The notes under the pieces were generated by a model that was not told the origin of the DNA, did no database searches, and saw nothing but the letters and a program-made list of their open reading frames with translations. A stretch of 64,000 bases of DNA from Colwellia sp. (lineage in GTDB: Bacteria; Pseudomonadota; Gammaproteobacteria; Enterobacterales; Alteromonadaceae), in the NCBI GenBank assembly GCA_046710905.1, contig JBKEHN010000001.1, positions 4,930 through 68,929 of the forward strand, given 5' to 3'. Position 1 is the first letter of the stretch. Every line of letters starts with the position of its first letter. Below are positions 31,586-42,910 of this stretch, one piece after another. Made by a program: the position numbers and the translations under genes.

Positions 31586-32007
31586 TATACCAATATCATT
31601 AAATTTTTTAACTTGTTATGGGTAGGGGAAATATATCAAGATAATACCAAATTGATTAAGTTCTTTCCCACTTAGCGAGAATTAAAAGGCTTAGAGGCAA
31701 GGCATTGATTGAAGAGAATGGTTATTCCCTTGTCAAAATTAATAACGCCGCATAAAAGCCTTTTAAACTGGCCCTTGGGAGCTCATTGCTAAACTGATAA
31801 CATCACAAAATTAATGAAATATAGTAATAACTATGTTTAACAAATTTTGTTTGCTCTAAGCTCATCAATAAAGCTCTGAGTAGGGAAGAAATTTAATCAA
31901 ATTGGTATAAGGCGCTCGATTGACCAACAGTTAGCTATTGAGAGCGAGGTCGCTACGAGATATTTTAACCAGCACAAGTGGACATTGGTTTAGGGACGTT
32001 GGTATTA
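31586..32007. mobile_element. ERIC-like MITE (type C) interrupted by a type B element at 31642-31909
   Basis: Outer flanks rejoin to match the intact 36036-36197 element; inner element has TAATACCAAATTGATTAA...TTAATCAAATTGGTATA ends. Confidence 0.85.
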
Positions 32008-32023
32008 CTAATAAAAAGACAAT

Positions 32024-32075
32024 AAAAAACGCGTAACCTATTATCTGACAAAAACAGAATGAGGTACGCGTTTTT
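32024..32075 (-). terminator. hairpin/terminator after rpoZ
   Basis: AAAAAACGCGTA...TACGCGTTTTT inverted repeat. Confidence 0.6.
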
Positions 32076-32116
32076 AAGAGCTTAAAATTAACTCTTCTTA
32101 TTAGAAGGAATTAACG

Positions 32117-32404
32117 TTAGCTAAAATCTTCTTGTTGACCACCAACAATCGCTGCAACAGCATCTAATTCAGCAGTATCTTGTTGAATTTGTTGTGCGCG
32201 ATCAGAAGTGTTCATAATGTCTGTAGTAATTAAGCCTGCTTCGATTTCACGCAAAGCGATTACCGTTGGTTTGTCGTTTTCGACTTCTACCAATGGATCT
32301 TTCCCGCCAGTTGCAATTTGACGAGCACGACGTGATGCAACTAGCACCAAATCAAAACGATTACCGACTTTTTCTACGGCATCTTCAACAGTTACGCGAG
32401 CCAT
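32117..32404 (-). CDS. rpoZ: RNA polymerase omega subunit
   Basis: [26 protein letters not shown]; start reassigned to the ATG at 32404. Confidence 0.98.
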   Translation of the reverse strand: MARVTVEDAVEKVGNRFDLVLVASRRARQIATGGKDPLVEVENDKPTVIALREIEAGLITTDIMNTSDRAQQIQQDTAELDAVAAIVGGQQEDFS

Positions 32405-32539
32405 CTGGGCACTCCAACTAATAAACCAACTTACAAAATAGCTGCGTAGTTTACTGGTCACTCACTAATTAAGCAAGCAATACCAAGTCATTTAAGTAAG
32501 TAATAGCTACGCAACAGCGGACATTTCTTCTTTTATTAC

Positions 32540-33196
32540 TTATTCAGCAGACTGGGTTACCTCGTTATTTAATAATTTACTAAATAATTCTTGCTGAGCA
32601 ATACTTTGCTGGCGACATTTAAGACGCTGGTTATTTACTACAATCGTTAGATCAAGTAGGGCTTGGTCGAAATTGTCATTAACAATAATGTAGTCAAACT
32701 CATTATAGTGAGAACATTCTGCTTGCGCTTGTTCCATGCGACGGGCGATCACTTCTTCACTGTCTTGACCTCGACCTCTTAAGCGACTTTCTAACTCGAC
32801 TTTAGAGGGGGGGCTAATAAATATAGTGGTCACACTCGGTTTTTTCATGCGAACTTGTTGTGCCCCTTGCCAATCAATATCAAGAAATATATCAATACCT
32901 TGAGCAAGCTGTTGGTCTATAGCGGCCTCAGAAGTGCCGTAATAGTTACCAAATACTTCGGCATACTCATAAAAGGCATTATTTTCTATTTGTTTTTTAA
33001 ACTCAGCAACAGTAACAAAGTGATAATGTTCACCATTATTTTCACCAGGACGGACATCTCGGGTAGTATGAGAAATAGATACCTGCATAGCTCTTGCGGA
33101 TGCTTGATTATCTTTTTTTAATAAAGCATTGATAAGGCTCGATTTCCCTGCACCGCTAGGTGCAGACAGAATAAATAAATTACCAGGAACAGTCAC
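32540..33196 (-). CDS. gmk: guanylate kinase
   Basis: [30 protein letters not shown]. Confidence 0.98.
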   Translation of the reverse strand: MTVPGNLFILSAPSGAGKSSLINALLKKDNQASARAMQVSISHTTRDVRPGENNGEHYHFVTVAEFKKQIENNAFYEYAEVFGNYYGTSEAAIDQQLAQGIDIFLDIDWQGAQQVRMKKPSVTTIFISPPSKVELESRLRGRGQDSEEVIARRMEQAQAECSHYNEFDYIIVNDNFDQALLDLTIVVNNQRLKCRQQSIAQQELFSKLLNNEVTQSAE

Positions 33197-33371
33197 AGGG
33201 TTTTCCTTTGGAGTATTGTTTACGAATACCTATAAAAATAAGCATAAAAAAGGCTGAAATTTATTTTACTCTATTAGAGGAAAAAAATCTTCAGCCTGTT
33301 CATGACTTGTATTAAGAAAAGGTAATATCTTAATATTTGTTACTTAATTATTTGTTACCTAATGATTGGTG

Positions 33372-34562
33372 CTAAAGCACCTTAGCAATAGATTTTGCTA
33401 AGTAATCAACATTACTGTTCGCAATGCCAGCAATACTCATGCGGCTAGAACCAACCATATAAATGCTGTATTCATCTTGTAATTGTTGTACTTGCTCAGG
33501 GGTTATACCTAAGAAAGAGAACATACCACTTTGACGACTGATAAAACTAAAGTCGCGTGTTACGCCATTTTCAGTAAGCTTATCAACGATTAGTTGACGG
33601 TTGCCGTTAATGCGATCACGCATACTTTTAAGTTCACCATGCCATTGTGTACGCAGCTCATCTGAACTTAAAATCGTTTCTACAATAGCGGCACCATGTG
33701 CTGGCGGCATAGAGTAAATAACGCGTACCACATAAAGTAAAACAGAATTAGCAATATCAACCGCAATGCTTGATTCGCCAATAATAGTACAAGCACCAAT
33801 GCGCTCGCGGTATAAACCAAAGTTTTTAGAACATGAACTACATACAATCATTTCTTTAACTGTTTCAGCCATCAAACGCAAACCATAAGCATCTTCGTCT
33901 AAGCCAGTACCAAAACCTTGATAAGCCATATCAATTAATGGTGTGAAACCAACATTGTTAGCGACTTCAGCAATTTGTTGCCATTGTTCATTGTTTAAAT
34001 CCATACCACTTGGGTTATGGCAACATGCATGTAATAACACTACGTCATCACTGCTGACTTCTTTTAACGCATTTAACATGCCGTCAAAATCTAAGCTTTT
34101 GTTTTCATAATCGTAATAAGGATAAGTTTTAACGTTTAAGCCAGCAGCAGCAAACAAACCTGTATGATTCGCCCATGTTGGGTTACTTACCCAAATAGTT
34201 GCACCTGCTTTGCAAGATTTAATAAATTCAGCCGCTACGCGTAAAGCGCCAGTGCCGCCAGGTGTTGATATAGTGCGAGCACGATTTTCGTTTAATACTT
34301 TATGTTCAGCGCCAAAAATAAGCTTAGCCATTTGGTCATTGAAAAGTTCAGAACCAGTAGGGCCAATATAAACTTTGGTATCTTCTGTCGATAAACGATG
34401 TTGTTCAGCTTTTTTCACACAATCTAATATGGCAGTGTGACCTGCTTCATTTTTGTATACGCCAACACCTAAATCAATTTTATTTGGGTTGTTATCTTTT
34501 CTATATTTAGTTAATAATCCAAGAATTGGATCAGCAGGCAAAGCCTTTAAACGACCAAACAT
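33372..34562 (-). CDS. aspartate/aromatic amino acid aminotransferase (AspC/TyrB family)
   Basis: DPILGL, DLGVGVY, GGTGAL, HACCHNPSG, DMAYQGF, SKNFGLY.ER. Confidence 0.95.
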   Translation of the reverse strand: MFGRLKALPADPILGLLTKYRKDNNPNKIDLGVGVYKNEAGHTAILDCVKKAEQHRLSTEDTKVYIGPTGSELFNDQMAKLIFGAEHKVLNENRARTISTPGGTGALRVAAEFIKSCKAGATIWVSNPTWANHTGLFAAAGLNVKTYPYYDYENKSLDFDGMLNALKEVSSDDVVLLHACCHNPSGMDLNNEQWQQIAEVANNVGFTPLIDMAYQGFGTGLDEDAYGLRLMAETVKEMIVCSSCSKNFGLYRERIGACTIIGESSIAVDIANSVLLYVVRVIYSMPPAHGAAIVETILSSDELRTQWHGELKSMRDRINGNRQLIVDKLTENGVTRDFSFISRQSGMFSFLGITPEQVQQLQDEYSIYMVGSSRMSIAGIANSNVDYLAKSIAKVL

Positions 34563-34754
34563 GACAGAAGTTTACCTTATGTTAGAGGAGAGTTACGTCA
34601 ATAAGGCATTATCGCGCTTAATGAGTCAAAACTCTCTAATTATTAATCACTCAAGCATAACGTAAAGTGAGGGCGTAATTAAAGTGATTTTTATAGCAGA
34701 TAGTGACAAAAGTAAGATTAATTTGTAAGGGGTTAGCTCTTTATTTTATAAGTG

Positions 34755-35017
34755 TATACCTGCTCTACTTGAAGATACTCGTTTCAGGAAAACTGAGCGA
34801 ATCATAATCAAGGCACATTTTTTTGTTAAGGGGCACCCCTTAAAAAATGTAACGACGAGTATATTTTGCTCAGGCCTCACCAAAGGACTAGTTTATAAAC
34901 GCTTTATGCTGCGTTATTGATTTCGACAATAGAATAACTGTTTTCTTCAATCAATACCTTGCATAAAGGCGTTTATAACTCTAACTGAATCCTGCATCTT
35001 CAAGTGGAACGGGTATA
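34755..35017. mobile_element. ERIC-like MITE (type A ends), full length
   Basis: TATACCTGCTCTACTTGAAGAT ... GCATCTTCAAGTGGAACGGGTATA terminal inverted repeats; no ORF. Confidence 0.85.
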
Positions 35018-35067
35018 AAGTTATGTACTTGATAAATAACTAAGCTATCGTTTTAACTAAGTTGCTC

Positions 35068-35778
35068 TTAAAATGTATCAGTAAGTGCGGCAACAATACC
35101 AATGATACCGCCAAAGATACCACCCCAAACGACTAACCAGCCAAGATGTTTTTGTATCATCTTTTGAACAATTTCTTTAACCAATTGTGGTGTTAATTCA
35201 TTAAGGCGTTTTTCAATAATATCACTGACCTTATCCCGCATGCCTGAAATAATATCCGGTTGTTCTAATTCTTCCCGCAATAAGGTATTAAATTGTTCGC
35301 TCTGCGCTATATCTTGAATAGAGAGTTTCATCTTCTCAATAAAAGGTTCTCTCATGGGTTGTAAAGCTTCACTACCACCAACCATGGCAAGCATGCCACC
35401 AAAAGATGAGTTTTCAATAACTGAAACTAAGTTATCAAAAGCTGGAGAGAGATCTACTTTGTCAATAACGGGGGCTAAATTAATAGTACTGGCTTTTCCT
35501 GAACTATCTGACAGAAAACGGTCAATATTATCCTCAGTAAAAAATTGCTCCATCATTAATTGACGTATAGCGACTTTAAATTCTTCAAAGCGTGCAGGGA
35601 TAACGCCTGAACCATACAATAGAGGCACCTTTTCAAACAACATATGTATAGCAAGCCAGTTAGTGACGGCGCCTGATAAAGCAAATAACCCTAAAGTAAA
35701 AAGCATATGCTGGTCGCTAACATAGCCCCCTATTGTAAAAGCTAAGGCAATGAGGTTGGTGATTTGGCTTTTGTTCAC
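35068..35778 (-). CDS. DUF445 family membrane protein
   Basis: SGAVTNWLAIHMLFEKVP.LYGSGVIP and HLGWLVVWGG. Confidence 0.85.
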   Translation of the reverse strand: MNKSQITNLIALAFTIGGYVSDQHMLFTLGLFALSGAVTNWLAIHMLFEKVPLLYGSGVIPARFEEFKVAIRQLMMEQFFTEDNIDRFLSDSSGKASTINLAPVIDKVDLSPAFDNLVSVIENSSFGGMLAMVGGSEALQPMREPFIEKMKLSIQDIAQSEQFNTLLREELEQPDIISGMRDKVSDIIEKRLNELTPQLVKEIVQKMIQKHLGWLVVWGGIFGGIIGIVAALTDTF

Positions 35779-35849
35779 GAAATACTCCCAGATAGAATAA
35801 TATAAAGCATAGAAATCTTAAAGGTCGCTATGATAGCATTTAATTTACT

Positions 35850-36278
35850 TATACCAGTTCCATTAAATTTATTCCCTTCTCAGAGTTATGTTAGAGGTTC
35901 AATAATAAGTTAAATTTATTTAGATCTAGTCATTCTAAATCTAATGAATTTATCGATGTTATTGGTTCTGTGGCAAACTTCCAAAGGGCTAGTTTAAAAG
36001 GTTTACATGCAGTGTTATTGATTTTAATAAGGCAGTAATACCAATTACATTAAGTTTGTGATCTTGCTGTGCATAGGAAAAATACATCAGGGCAAGGCGC
36101 TCGATTGAGCAATAGCTGGCTATTGGGATTGAGAGCAACGCTGACATGGAGTATTTTAACCAGCACAAATGGGCAGTAATTTAATGGAATTGGTATAACT
36201 ATTATTGTCAATCAATGCCTTGCCTTTAAACCTTTTAATTGTCGCTAAGAGGTAAATAACTTAATGGACTCGGTATTA
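35850..36278. mobile_element. ERIC-like MITE (type B) carrying a nested type C element at 36036-36197
   Basis: Outer TATACCAGTTCCATTAA...TTAATGGACTCGGTATTA; inner TAATACCAATTACATTAA...TTAATGGAATTGGTATA at a TA. Confidence 0.85.
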
Positions 36279-36302
36279 CCTTAAATAGATAAAGGCTCTG
36301 GT

Positions 36303-37175
36303 ATGAAAGTTTCTTTAAAAAGTATCTTGACGTTAACGACGTTATTTTTTGTGAGTATTTGTGGTGCAGATAACTCAGTAGACTCTGCTTGGCGTAAGTT
36401 AGCGCTTAACAATACCGTGTTATTAACCTTACCTCATGGCAAAGTAGTTATTGAACTAGCACCACAATTCTCCCCAAAAAGTGTTGCACAATTTAGTAGT
36501 TTAACAAAAAAGGGTTTTTACGATAGCACTAAATTCTACCGTGTGATCGACGGTTTTGTTGCTCAAGCAGGGCCAAAAGATGGCAGTAAGAAAGATCTAT
36601 CTGTGCCTTTACTTGCTATGGAAGCAGATTTCCAAGTCGCTAAAGATTGGTTGTACACCCCAGTACAGCAGCAGGATTTGTTTGCACAGCAAACTGGATT
36701 TAAAGACGGATTTGCTCTTGCTTATCAAGCAGACAGTGATGGAAGCTCTGACAAAGCTTGGTTAACACATTGCCCTGGCACCTTAGCAATGGCGAGAAAT
36801 AATGAAGCGGATTCAGCTTCGAGTCATTTTTATTTTGTAATAGGTCAAGCACCACGGTATTTAGACAGAATTATGAGCATCTTTGGACGTGTGGTTTATG
36901 GCATGCAACATATTCAAGCGATAAAGCGAACGCAAGTTGTTGAAGGCGATTATGCCATACATCATCGAAAGTTTACTAAAATAGTCAGTATGCAATTGAT
37001 GAGTGATGTTGCAAAAGCTAAGCAAATTCATATTGAAGTGGAGAATACTGAATCAACCATGTTTGCGGAACGCTTAGTAAAACGCCGCGCACGTGCAAGT
37101 GCTTTTTTTTATAAAAAACCACCACCAGTGCTTGATGTTTGTCAGATCCCTATTAGAAGTCGACGAATGAAATAG
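36303..37175 (+). CDS. secreted cyclophilin-type peptidyl-prolyl isomerase
   Basis: Signal peptide; FYRVIDGFVAQAG, LAMAR, FGRVVYGM. Confidence 0.9.
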   Translation: MKVSLKSILTLTTLFFVSICGADNSVDSAWRKLALNNTVLLTLPHGKVVIELAPQFSPKSVAQFSSLTKKGFYDSTKFYRVIDGFVAQAGPKDGSKKDLSVPLLAMEADFQVAKDWLYTPVQQQDLFAQQTGFKDGFALAYQADSDGSSDKAWLTHCPGTLAMARNNEADSASSHFYFVIGQAPRYLDRIMSIFGRVVYGMQHIQAIKRTQVVEGDYAIHHRKFTKIVSMQLMSDVAKAKQIHIEVENTESTMFAERLVKRRARASAFFYKKPPPVLDVCQIPIRSRRMK

Positions 37176-37579
37176 AATAAGTTAGTCAACAATATTTAGT
37201 AACCAAGAGATGCTATATAGAGTTGTTATGATGTTGTAATTTAGCTTCATTATCAGTAGTCAGTAGTCAGTAGTCAGTTGACTGTGACATGTTAATATAG
37301 GTTACTAATAATACAATTATTTATAATTAATCGCTAAAGGGAGCTGATATTTTTCCATTTTTCTCGATAAGTTTATTTATAAAACAGGTTTTTTCAGTCG
37401 CAGCTAAACAGAATGCTTTAATTACTGCTATTACTTTACTCAGCTCGCCAGTATTAAGTAACTCCGTTTGGGCTGATATTCAGCCGCGTAGTGCCAGTCT
37501 CAATTATTCACAGAAATCACTATCAAATGCAGGTAATCCTGCGGCGGCGGCATTAATTGTTACAAGAAAAGATCCTCAT

Positions 37580-38860
37580 GTGATGATAGGTGGTTTAATT
37601 GAGTTGGGTGGCGGTATTGAATATGGAGACCTAGATGAATTATTTACTAAAATCGATGATTTATCGATACTATTTAATCCACCGAGTGACGGTGATGATG
37701 GTAATGAGGCGGAATTACCATCATCACCAACAAATCCTACCAGACATTATACTTGGGATGACCTGTTTGCCAAGAATCCTGAATTAGCAGATCGCCTTGA
37801 TATTATTAAAACAAAAGTAGTGACTACCACCGCTTTATTCTCTCTTATAGCGGCAGAGGGGTATGGTAAAGCCGAAGCAACAAGTGAGGCTAGTTTTGTT
37901 TTGCATAAAGATTTATTTGGCGGAACTTTATTGTTAGGTATGGCGTACAAAGGTAATTCAAAAGCTATTGGGATTTTTGAGGAAATCACCCTTGACCCTG
38001 CCTATGCAAAAGTACAATTGAAAACAATTTCTGACTTTGACGAAAATGATCCGATACAAGAAATCGATCTCTCTGACGGTATTAGTCTATTTTATAATCC
38101 AGCAAATAAACAAATTAAAATGTCTGTTGAAAACGATAGTTTGTTATTGATTAAAGCAGCCAAAATAGCGCAGTTTTCTTTATCCTATAGTCGTAATGTA
38201 ATAAAAAGTGACGCGGGTGATTTATATTTGGGTATAAAACCTACCTTTTATCGTGTCGGTTTAACCCAGGCTAGTACACGTATTGGTGAAGTCACTGATA
38301 CCGAGGCCTTGTTTGATGATATTAAGAGTGCTGATTTTATTTATGAAAATGGTTTTGATGTAGATTTAGGTCTTGTATGGGCGGCAGAGAACTATCAGTT
38401 GGGCGCTTCGATAACGAGTATATTGGAGCACACTTATGACTTCCCCGACTTTAATAAAGCAGACTTTACTTCAATAAGAATTGTAAACCAATTGAATCAA
38501 CATAGTACTTATATTATGGAGCGACAGTTAAAGGTCGAAGTGGGTATTTATACGGATCAGCGTCAATGGAGCTTAAATGCCGAGTTAGACGCTAACTCTG
38601 TTGCCGATCCTATGCGTGATGACTACCAATGGCTGACGTTAACAGGCGGTTATGCTGCAGATAGTTGGTGGTTACCTAGTGCTCGTATTGGCTTTAGTCG
38701 TAACTTAGTGGGTTCAAAGCTTACCTACATTAATGCAGGAATCACCGTGATGAAGTTTCTCAATATTGATGTAGCGACCACATTAGACACAGTGACCTTA
38801 GATGGTAATGAGATGCGACGTGGTGCAAACCTTCGCTTAGGCGTACAATTTGATTACTAA
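37580..38860 (+). CDS. TraF-like outer-membrane beta-barrel protein; reading frame extends upstream to about 37349
   Basis: NPAAAA motif just upstream in frame, GFDVDLG, terminal F-x-Y; no other conjugation genes nearby. Confidence 0.65.
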   Translation: MMIGGLIELGGGIEYGDLDELFTKIDDLSILFNPPSDGDDGNEAELPSSPTNPTRHYTWDDLFAKNPELADRLDIIKTKVVTTTALFSLIAAEGYGKAEATSEASFVLHKDLFGGTLLLGMAYKGNSKAIGIFEEITLDPAYAKVQLKTISDFDENDPIQEIDLSDGISLFYNPANKQIKMSVENDSLLLIKAAKIAQFSLSYSRNVIKSDAGDLYLGIKPTFYRVGLTQASTRIGEVTDTEALFDDIKSADFIYENGFDVDLGLVWAAENYQLGASITSILEHTYDFPDFNKADFTSIRIVNQLNQHSTYIMERQLKVEVGIYTDQRQWSLNAELDANSVADPMRDDYQWLTLTGGYAADSWWLPSARIGFSRNLVGSKLTYINAGITVMKFLNIDVATTLDTVTLDGNEMRRGANLRLGVQFDY

Positions 38861-38973
38861 CTTAAATGACAAAACTGATAACATTCAACTTAACATATTC
38901 GTCAGTCATCAAAGCGCTCTAATTGATAGAAACTTAGCGAGTAACAAAAAATTTATCATCATTAAGGAACATC

Positions 38974-39444
38974 TTGAAAAGTAATCTTATAACGAGTGTG
39001 GGATATAAAAAACTACAAGAAGAACTTAATTATCTATGGCGAGATAAAAGGCCAAAAATTACCGCTATTGTAAGCTGGGCTGCAAGCTTGGGTGATAGAT
39101 CTGAAAATGGTGATTATACTTTTAATAAACGAGTATTAAGAGAGATTGATCGAAGAGTAAGGTACTTAAGAAAACGCTTAGAAGATCTTAAGGTGATTGA
39201 TTATTCTCCTCAGCAAGATGGCAAAGTATTTTTTGGCGCAACAGTCGAAATTGAAAACGAAGCGGGTGAAATAATTAGTTTTAAAATTGTAGGTCCAGAT
39301 GAGATTTATAATACCAAAGATTTTATTTCAATAGACTCGCCTATGGCTAGAGCGATGATAAAAAAAGAAGTCGATGATGAATTTTTTGTTCAAACCCCGA
39401 CAGGAAATAAAGAGTGGTTTATAAACAAGATTGATTATCTATAG
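38974..39444 (+). CDS. greB: transcription elongation factor GreB
   Basis: WAASLGDRSENGDY, LREIDRRVRYL, ISIDSPMARA. Confidence 0.96.
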   Translation: MKSNLITSVGYKKLQEELNYLWRDKRPKITAIVSWAASLGDRSENGDYTFNKRVLREIDRRVRYLRKRLEDLKVIDYSPQQDGKVFFGATVEIENEAGEIISFKIVGPDEIYNTKDFISIDSPMARAMIKKEVDDEFFVQTPTGNKEWFINKIDYL

Positions 39445-39489
39445 TCTCTAATCCCGTTAATTATTAATCCCCCATTTTGAGGTCAGAAT

Positions 39490-39710
39490 CATGATTTTTC
39501 AGCTACAGCTAAGTAACACATTAGCATAGCTAATGTTCTCCAATCATATTGTAAAATAGTTTACTCATATTGCTAGGCGTATCACTAGCGCTAAGCTTTG
39601 GTATGATTTCAACAGAGCTAACTATAAAGCTTTATTTGATTTGGACGACTAAGCTGCCTATCAAGTAAAGGCTGAAAAAGGAAATATAGTGCATTACATC
39701 AAGCTATAGT
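39490..39710 (+). pseudogene. possible GGDEF C-terminal remnant
   Basis: LSFGMI...YKALFDLDD*AAYQVKAEKGN resembles the 'S.G....L...AD.ALY.AK..G.N' GGDEF end. Confidence 0.4.
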
Positions 39711-39817
39711 AAGGCTATAGCTAAATTATAGTACTGAATATTACAGTATGATTTTCGTCACAACAGTTTTCTGTTATTATGTTAATCAACATATTACCCT
39801 GCTGGAACTGCCTTTCA

Positions 39818-42217
39818 ATGTTAACTATTGCCGAGCAAATTGCTCAACAACTCAATGTTAACGCGGTACAAATAAATGCCGCTATTACTTTACTTGATGA
39901 TGGTGCTACGGTGCCATTTATTGCCCGCTACCGTAAAGAAGCCACCCAAGGTTTAGATGATAATCATCTACGCCATTTAGCGCAGCGCTTAAGCTATTTA
40001 CGCGAGTTAGAAGATCGCCGAAAAGTTATCTTAGTGAGCATTAAACAACAAGATAAGCTTACTGGAGAACTTGAAAAATTAATCACTCAAGCAGATAACA
40101 AAACTCGCTTAGAAGATTTATATTTACCTTATAAACCAAAGCGTCGTACTAAAGGTAAAATCGCCAGTGAAGCCGGTATAGCACCTTTAGCGAATAAGCT
40201 ATTTAATAACTGGCAACTCTCGCCAACAACCGAAGCTAAATATTTTATTAATGAAGCTGCGGGCTTTTCTGATGTGAATGCTGTATTGGAAGGTGCCTGT
40301 TATATTTTAGCGGAACGTTTTAGTGAAGATGCCAGTTTACTAGCGAAATTACGTGCACATTTATTAAAACAGGCGTATTTAACCAGTAAGCTTGTTAAAG
40401 GACAAGAGAAAGCAGGAGTAAAATTCGGTGATTATTTTGAGCACAGTGAGAAGCTAAAATCAGTCCCTTCTCATCGTATGCTTGCCATGTTACGTGGCAG
40501 AAATGAAGGCTTCTTAAAGCTTAATATTGATGTTGATCCAGGACGAGAGATAGCTATTTTTAATAGTGCTGAGAAAATTATTATTGATCACTTAACGCTT
40601 CGCTGTTTATCCTCTGGAAATAAACAGCCCGGAACAGAATTTTTAACTAAGCTGGTGCAATTAACATGGAAAGCTAAACTCAATGTTAGTTTAAGCAATG
40701 AACTGGTCACGAGTTTACGCGAGCAAGCCGAAACAAAAGCAATAGACGTGTTTTCAAATAATCTTACTGATCTCTTGATGGCTGCACCTGCTGGTTCACA
40801 AGTAACATTAGGTTTAGATCCCGGTTTAAGAACGGGTTGTAAAATTGCCATCGTTGATGGCACTGGAAAGTTATTACATACCGCGACCATTTTCCCACAC
40901 GTTCCGCAAAATCATTGGGATAAATCGATACGAACCTTAGTCAATATTTGTCGTCAGCATAAAGTTGAATTAGTGGCTATTGGTAATGGTACTGGCTCAC
41001 GTGAAAGTGATAAATTAATAGCTGAAGTTATCCAATTTTTCAAAGCAGATGAAAGTAAAATACAACTGACTAAGATGATCGTCAGTGAAGCTGGCGCCTC
41101 TGTTTATTCTGCTTCTGAATTTGCCGCTAAGGAGTTTCCTGATTTAGATGTATCAATTCGTGGCGCCGTTTCTATTGCCCGACGCCTACAAGATCCATTA
41201 GCTGAATTAGTAAAAATTGATCCAAAAGCTATTGGTGTTGGCCAATATCAGCACGATGTTAGCCAAAGCCAACTGAGTAAAACCCTTGATGATGTTGTTG
41301 AAGATTGTGTCAATGCGGTGGGTGTTGACTTAAATAGTGCTTCAGCGGCGTTATTAACACGTGTTTCAGGATTAAACAAAACCATGGCTAGCAATATTGT
41401 TGCTTTTCGAGATAGCGAAGGTCGCTTTACCAATAGAAAGCAGCTGAAAAAAGTAGCACGTTTAGGGCCTAAGGCTTTTGAGCAAGCCGCAGGCTTCTTA
41501 CGTATTACCGATGGTGATAATCCGTTAGACCAATCAGCGCTTCATCCTGAAAGTTATCCAGTGGTTGAGAAAATCCTGAGTCTACTTGAGCTTGATGTTA
41601 ACAAAATACTTAATAATGATGAGCAACTCAAGTCACTCGACATTGACCAGTTAACCAATAATGATTTTGGTGAAGTTACCATCAAAGATATTATCAAAGA
41701 ATTAGCTAAGCCAAATCGAGATCCTAGGCCAGCGTTTAAAACTGCTAGTTTTGCTGAAGGTGTTACGACCATGGCAGATTTAACCTTAGGCATGATACTT
41801 GAGGGTGTCGTCTCTAATGTGGCTAACTTTGGTGCTTTTGTTGATATTGGTGTACATCAAGATGGTTTAGTACACATTTCATCAATAACAGATAAGTTTG
41901 TTAGTGACCCGCGTGAAATTGTTAAAGCTGGAGACATCGTTAAGGTTAAGGTCTTAGAAGTTGACCCTGCCCGTAAGCGCATTAGTTTGACTATGCGACT
42001 AGATGAACAAGCCACTGAGCAAACTAAAAAGCCTTCACAACCGCAGGGTGCGAATAGTACTATTAATAAAGCGAAGAATCACTCAACTAATAAAAATCAT
42101 CAAGGAAAACCTCCAGTACAGCAAAAAAATTCGCAAGGTCATTCACAAGGTAAGAAAGTTGATAATGCGGTGATGGGGAACGCTTTCGCCGATGCTTTTG
42201 CTAAGCTGAAGAAATAA
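39818..42217 (+). CDS. tex: Tex family RNA-binding transcription accessory protein
   Basis: [48 protein letters not shown]1 domain; probable start ATG 39818. Confidence 0.96.
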   Translation: MLTIAEQIAQQLNVNAVQINAAITLLDDGATVPFIARYRKEATQGLDDNHLRHLAQRLSYLRELEDRRKVILVSIKQQDKLTGELEKLITQADNKTRLEDLYLPYKPKRRTKGKIASEAGIAPLANKLFNNWQLSPTTEAKYFINEAAGFSDVNAVLEGACYILAERFSEDASLLAKLRAHLLKQAYLTSKLVKGQEKAGVKFGDYFEHSEKLKSVPSHRMLAMLRGRNEGFLKLNIDVDPGREIAIFNSAEKIIIDHLTLRCLSSGNKQPGTEFLTKLVQLTWKAKLNVSLSNELVTSLREQAETKAIDVFSNNLTDLLMAAPAGSQVTLGLDPGLRTGCKIAIVDGTGKLLHTATIFPHVPQNHWDKSIRTLVNICRQHKVELVAIGNGTGSRESDKLIAEVIQFFKADESKIQLTKMIVSEAGASVYSASEFAAKEFPDLDVSIRGAVSIARRLQDPLAELVKIDPKAIGVGQYQHDVSQSQLSKTLDDVVEDCVNAVGVDLNSASAALLTRVSGLNKTMASNIVAFRDSEGRFTNRKQLKKVARLGPKAFEQAAGFLRITDGDNPLDQSALHPESYPVVEKILSLLELDVNKILNNDEQLKSLDIDQLTNNDFGEVTIKDIIKELAKPNRDPRPAFKTASFAEGVTTMADLTLGMILEGVVSNVANFGAFVDIGVHQDGLVHISSITDKFVSDPREIVKAGDIVKVKVLEVDPARKRISLTMRLDEQATEQTKKPSQPQGANSTINKAKNHSTNKNHQGKPPVQQKNSQGHSQGKKVDNAVMGNAFADAFAKLKK

Positions 42218-42252
42218 AAAGCAATTATTTTAAATTAAATGTAAAAATAGTG

Positions 42253-42282
42253 TTGACTAACGTAATGATAATGATTATCATT
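42253..42282 (+). promoter_or_regulatory. sigma70 promoter overlapped by a consensus Fur box
   Basis: TTGACT (42253)-17 nt-TATCAT (42276); AATGATAATGATTATCATT at 42264-42282. Confidence 0.88.
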
Positions 42283-42287
42283 TGTTT

Positions 42288-42485
42288 TGTTGCTTAGGCA
42301 GTGAATGCTCTCTCACTAAATAGGTAACAGTAAAGGACGGAACTTAGTGGTTATGCTTCAGGACACATAACCACTAAGCACCACTTTAGGACTCTTTAGA
42401 GTCCAGCTCAGTTTGTTCGACTTTAAAATTTTTGATGGTTTAGCCAGTAACACTTTCTATATAGCAAGAGTTACTGGTTTTTTTT
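42288..42485 (+). ncRNA. putative Fur-repressed small RNA (about 200 nt)
   Basis: Fur-boxed promoter, no credible ORF, perfect 13-bp hairpin 42343-42378, hairpin 42389-42404, terminator 42442-42485. Confidence 0.72.
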
Positions 42486-42519
42486 AGCTGATACTTTATT
42501 TATTTCCACAATATTTTAA

Positions 42520-42720
42520 TACGACCTATAATCTTAGATATACCATGACTACTTAGCTTTAATTTCTGGTTAGTATCACTCAGTTGCTCAGTAGTCGTCA
42601 TTGGCTACTTGGCTTTCTTGTTTCGTAGCACATGGGATTTGTGTGCTCATATCTTAAATAACTGCCATTAGACTATCTATTTCAGACCGAGACTCATCCG
42701 CTTTAGTCTTCTGTTTTAAG
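42520..42720 (-). pseudogene. methyl-accepting chemotaxis protein C-terminal remnant
   Basis: EIDSLMAVI*DMSTQIPCATKQESQVAND resembles the MCP 'I.DM..QIA.A.EQQS.VA..I' helix. Confidence 0.5.
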
Positions 42721-42910
42721 TAAAATAATAATTAATATTATCTGTATAGAAAATCGTTGCTGTATAGTAAATTATCGTAAAAAAGTCATAAAGTATTCTT
42801 TCAAAATAGTAAGCTGTATTTGTCAGTTTAGTGCAATTATTACGAATAAATTAAAGACAAAGTTTCCGTTTAAAGTCTTAATAAATCTTGATTTCTCAGG
42901 TGGTTTTTTA

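Noticed and set aside
37253-37278. Short (TCAGTAG)n repeat
   Set aside because: Only about 3.5 copies, no evident function
37580-38860. Conjugative element implied by the TraF-like gene
   Set aside because: No relaxase, T4SS or integrase nearby; solitary TraF-like barrels occur in chromosomes
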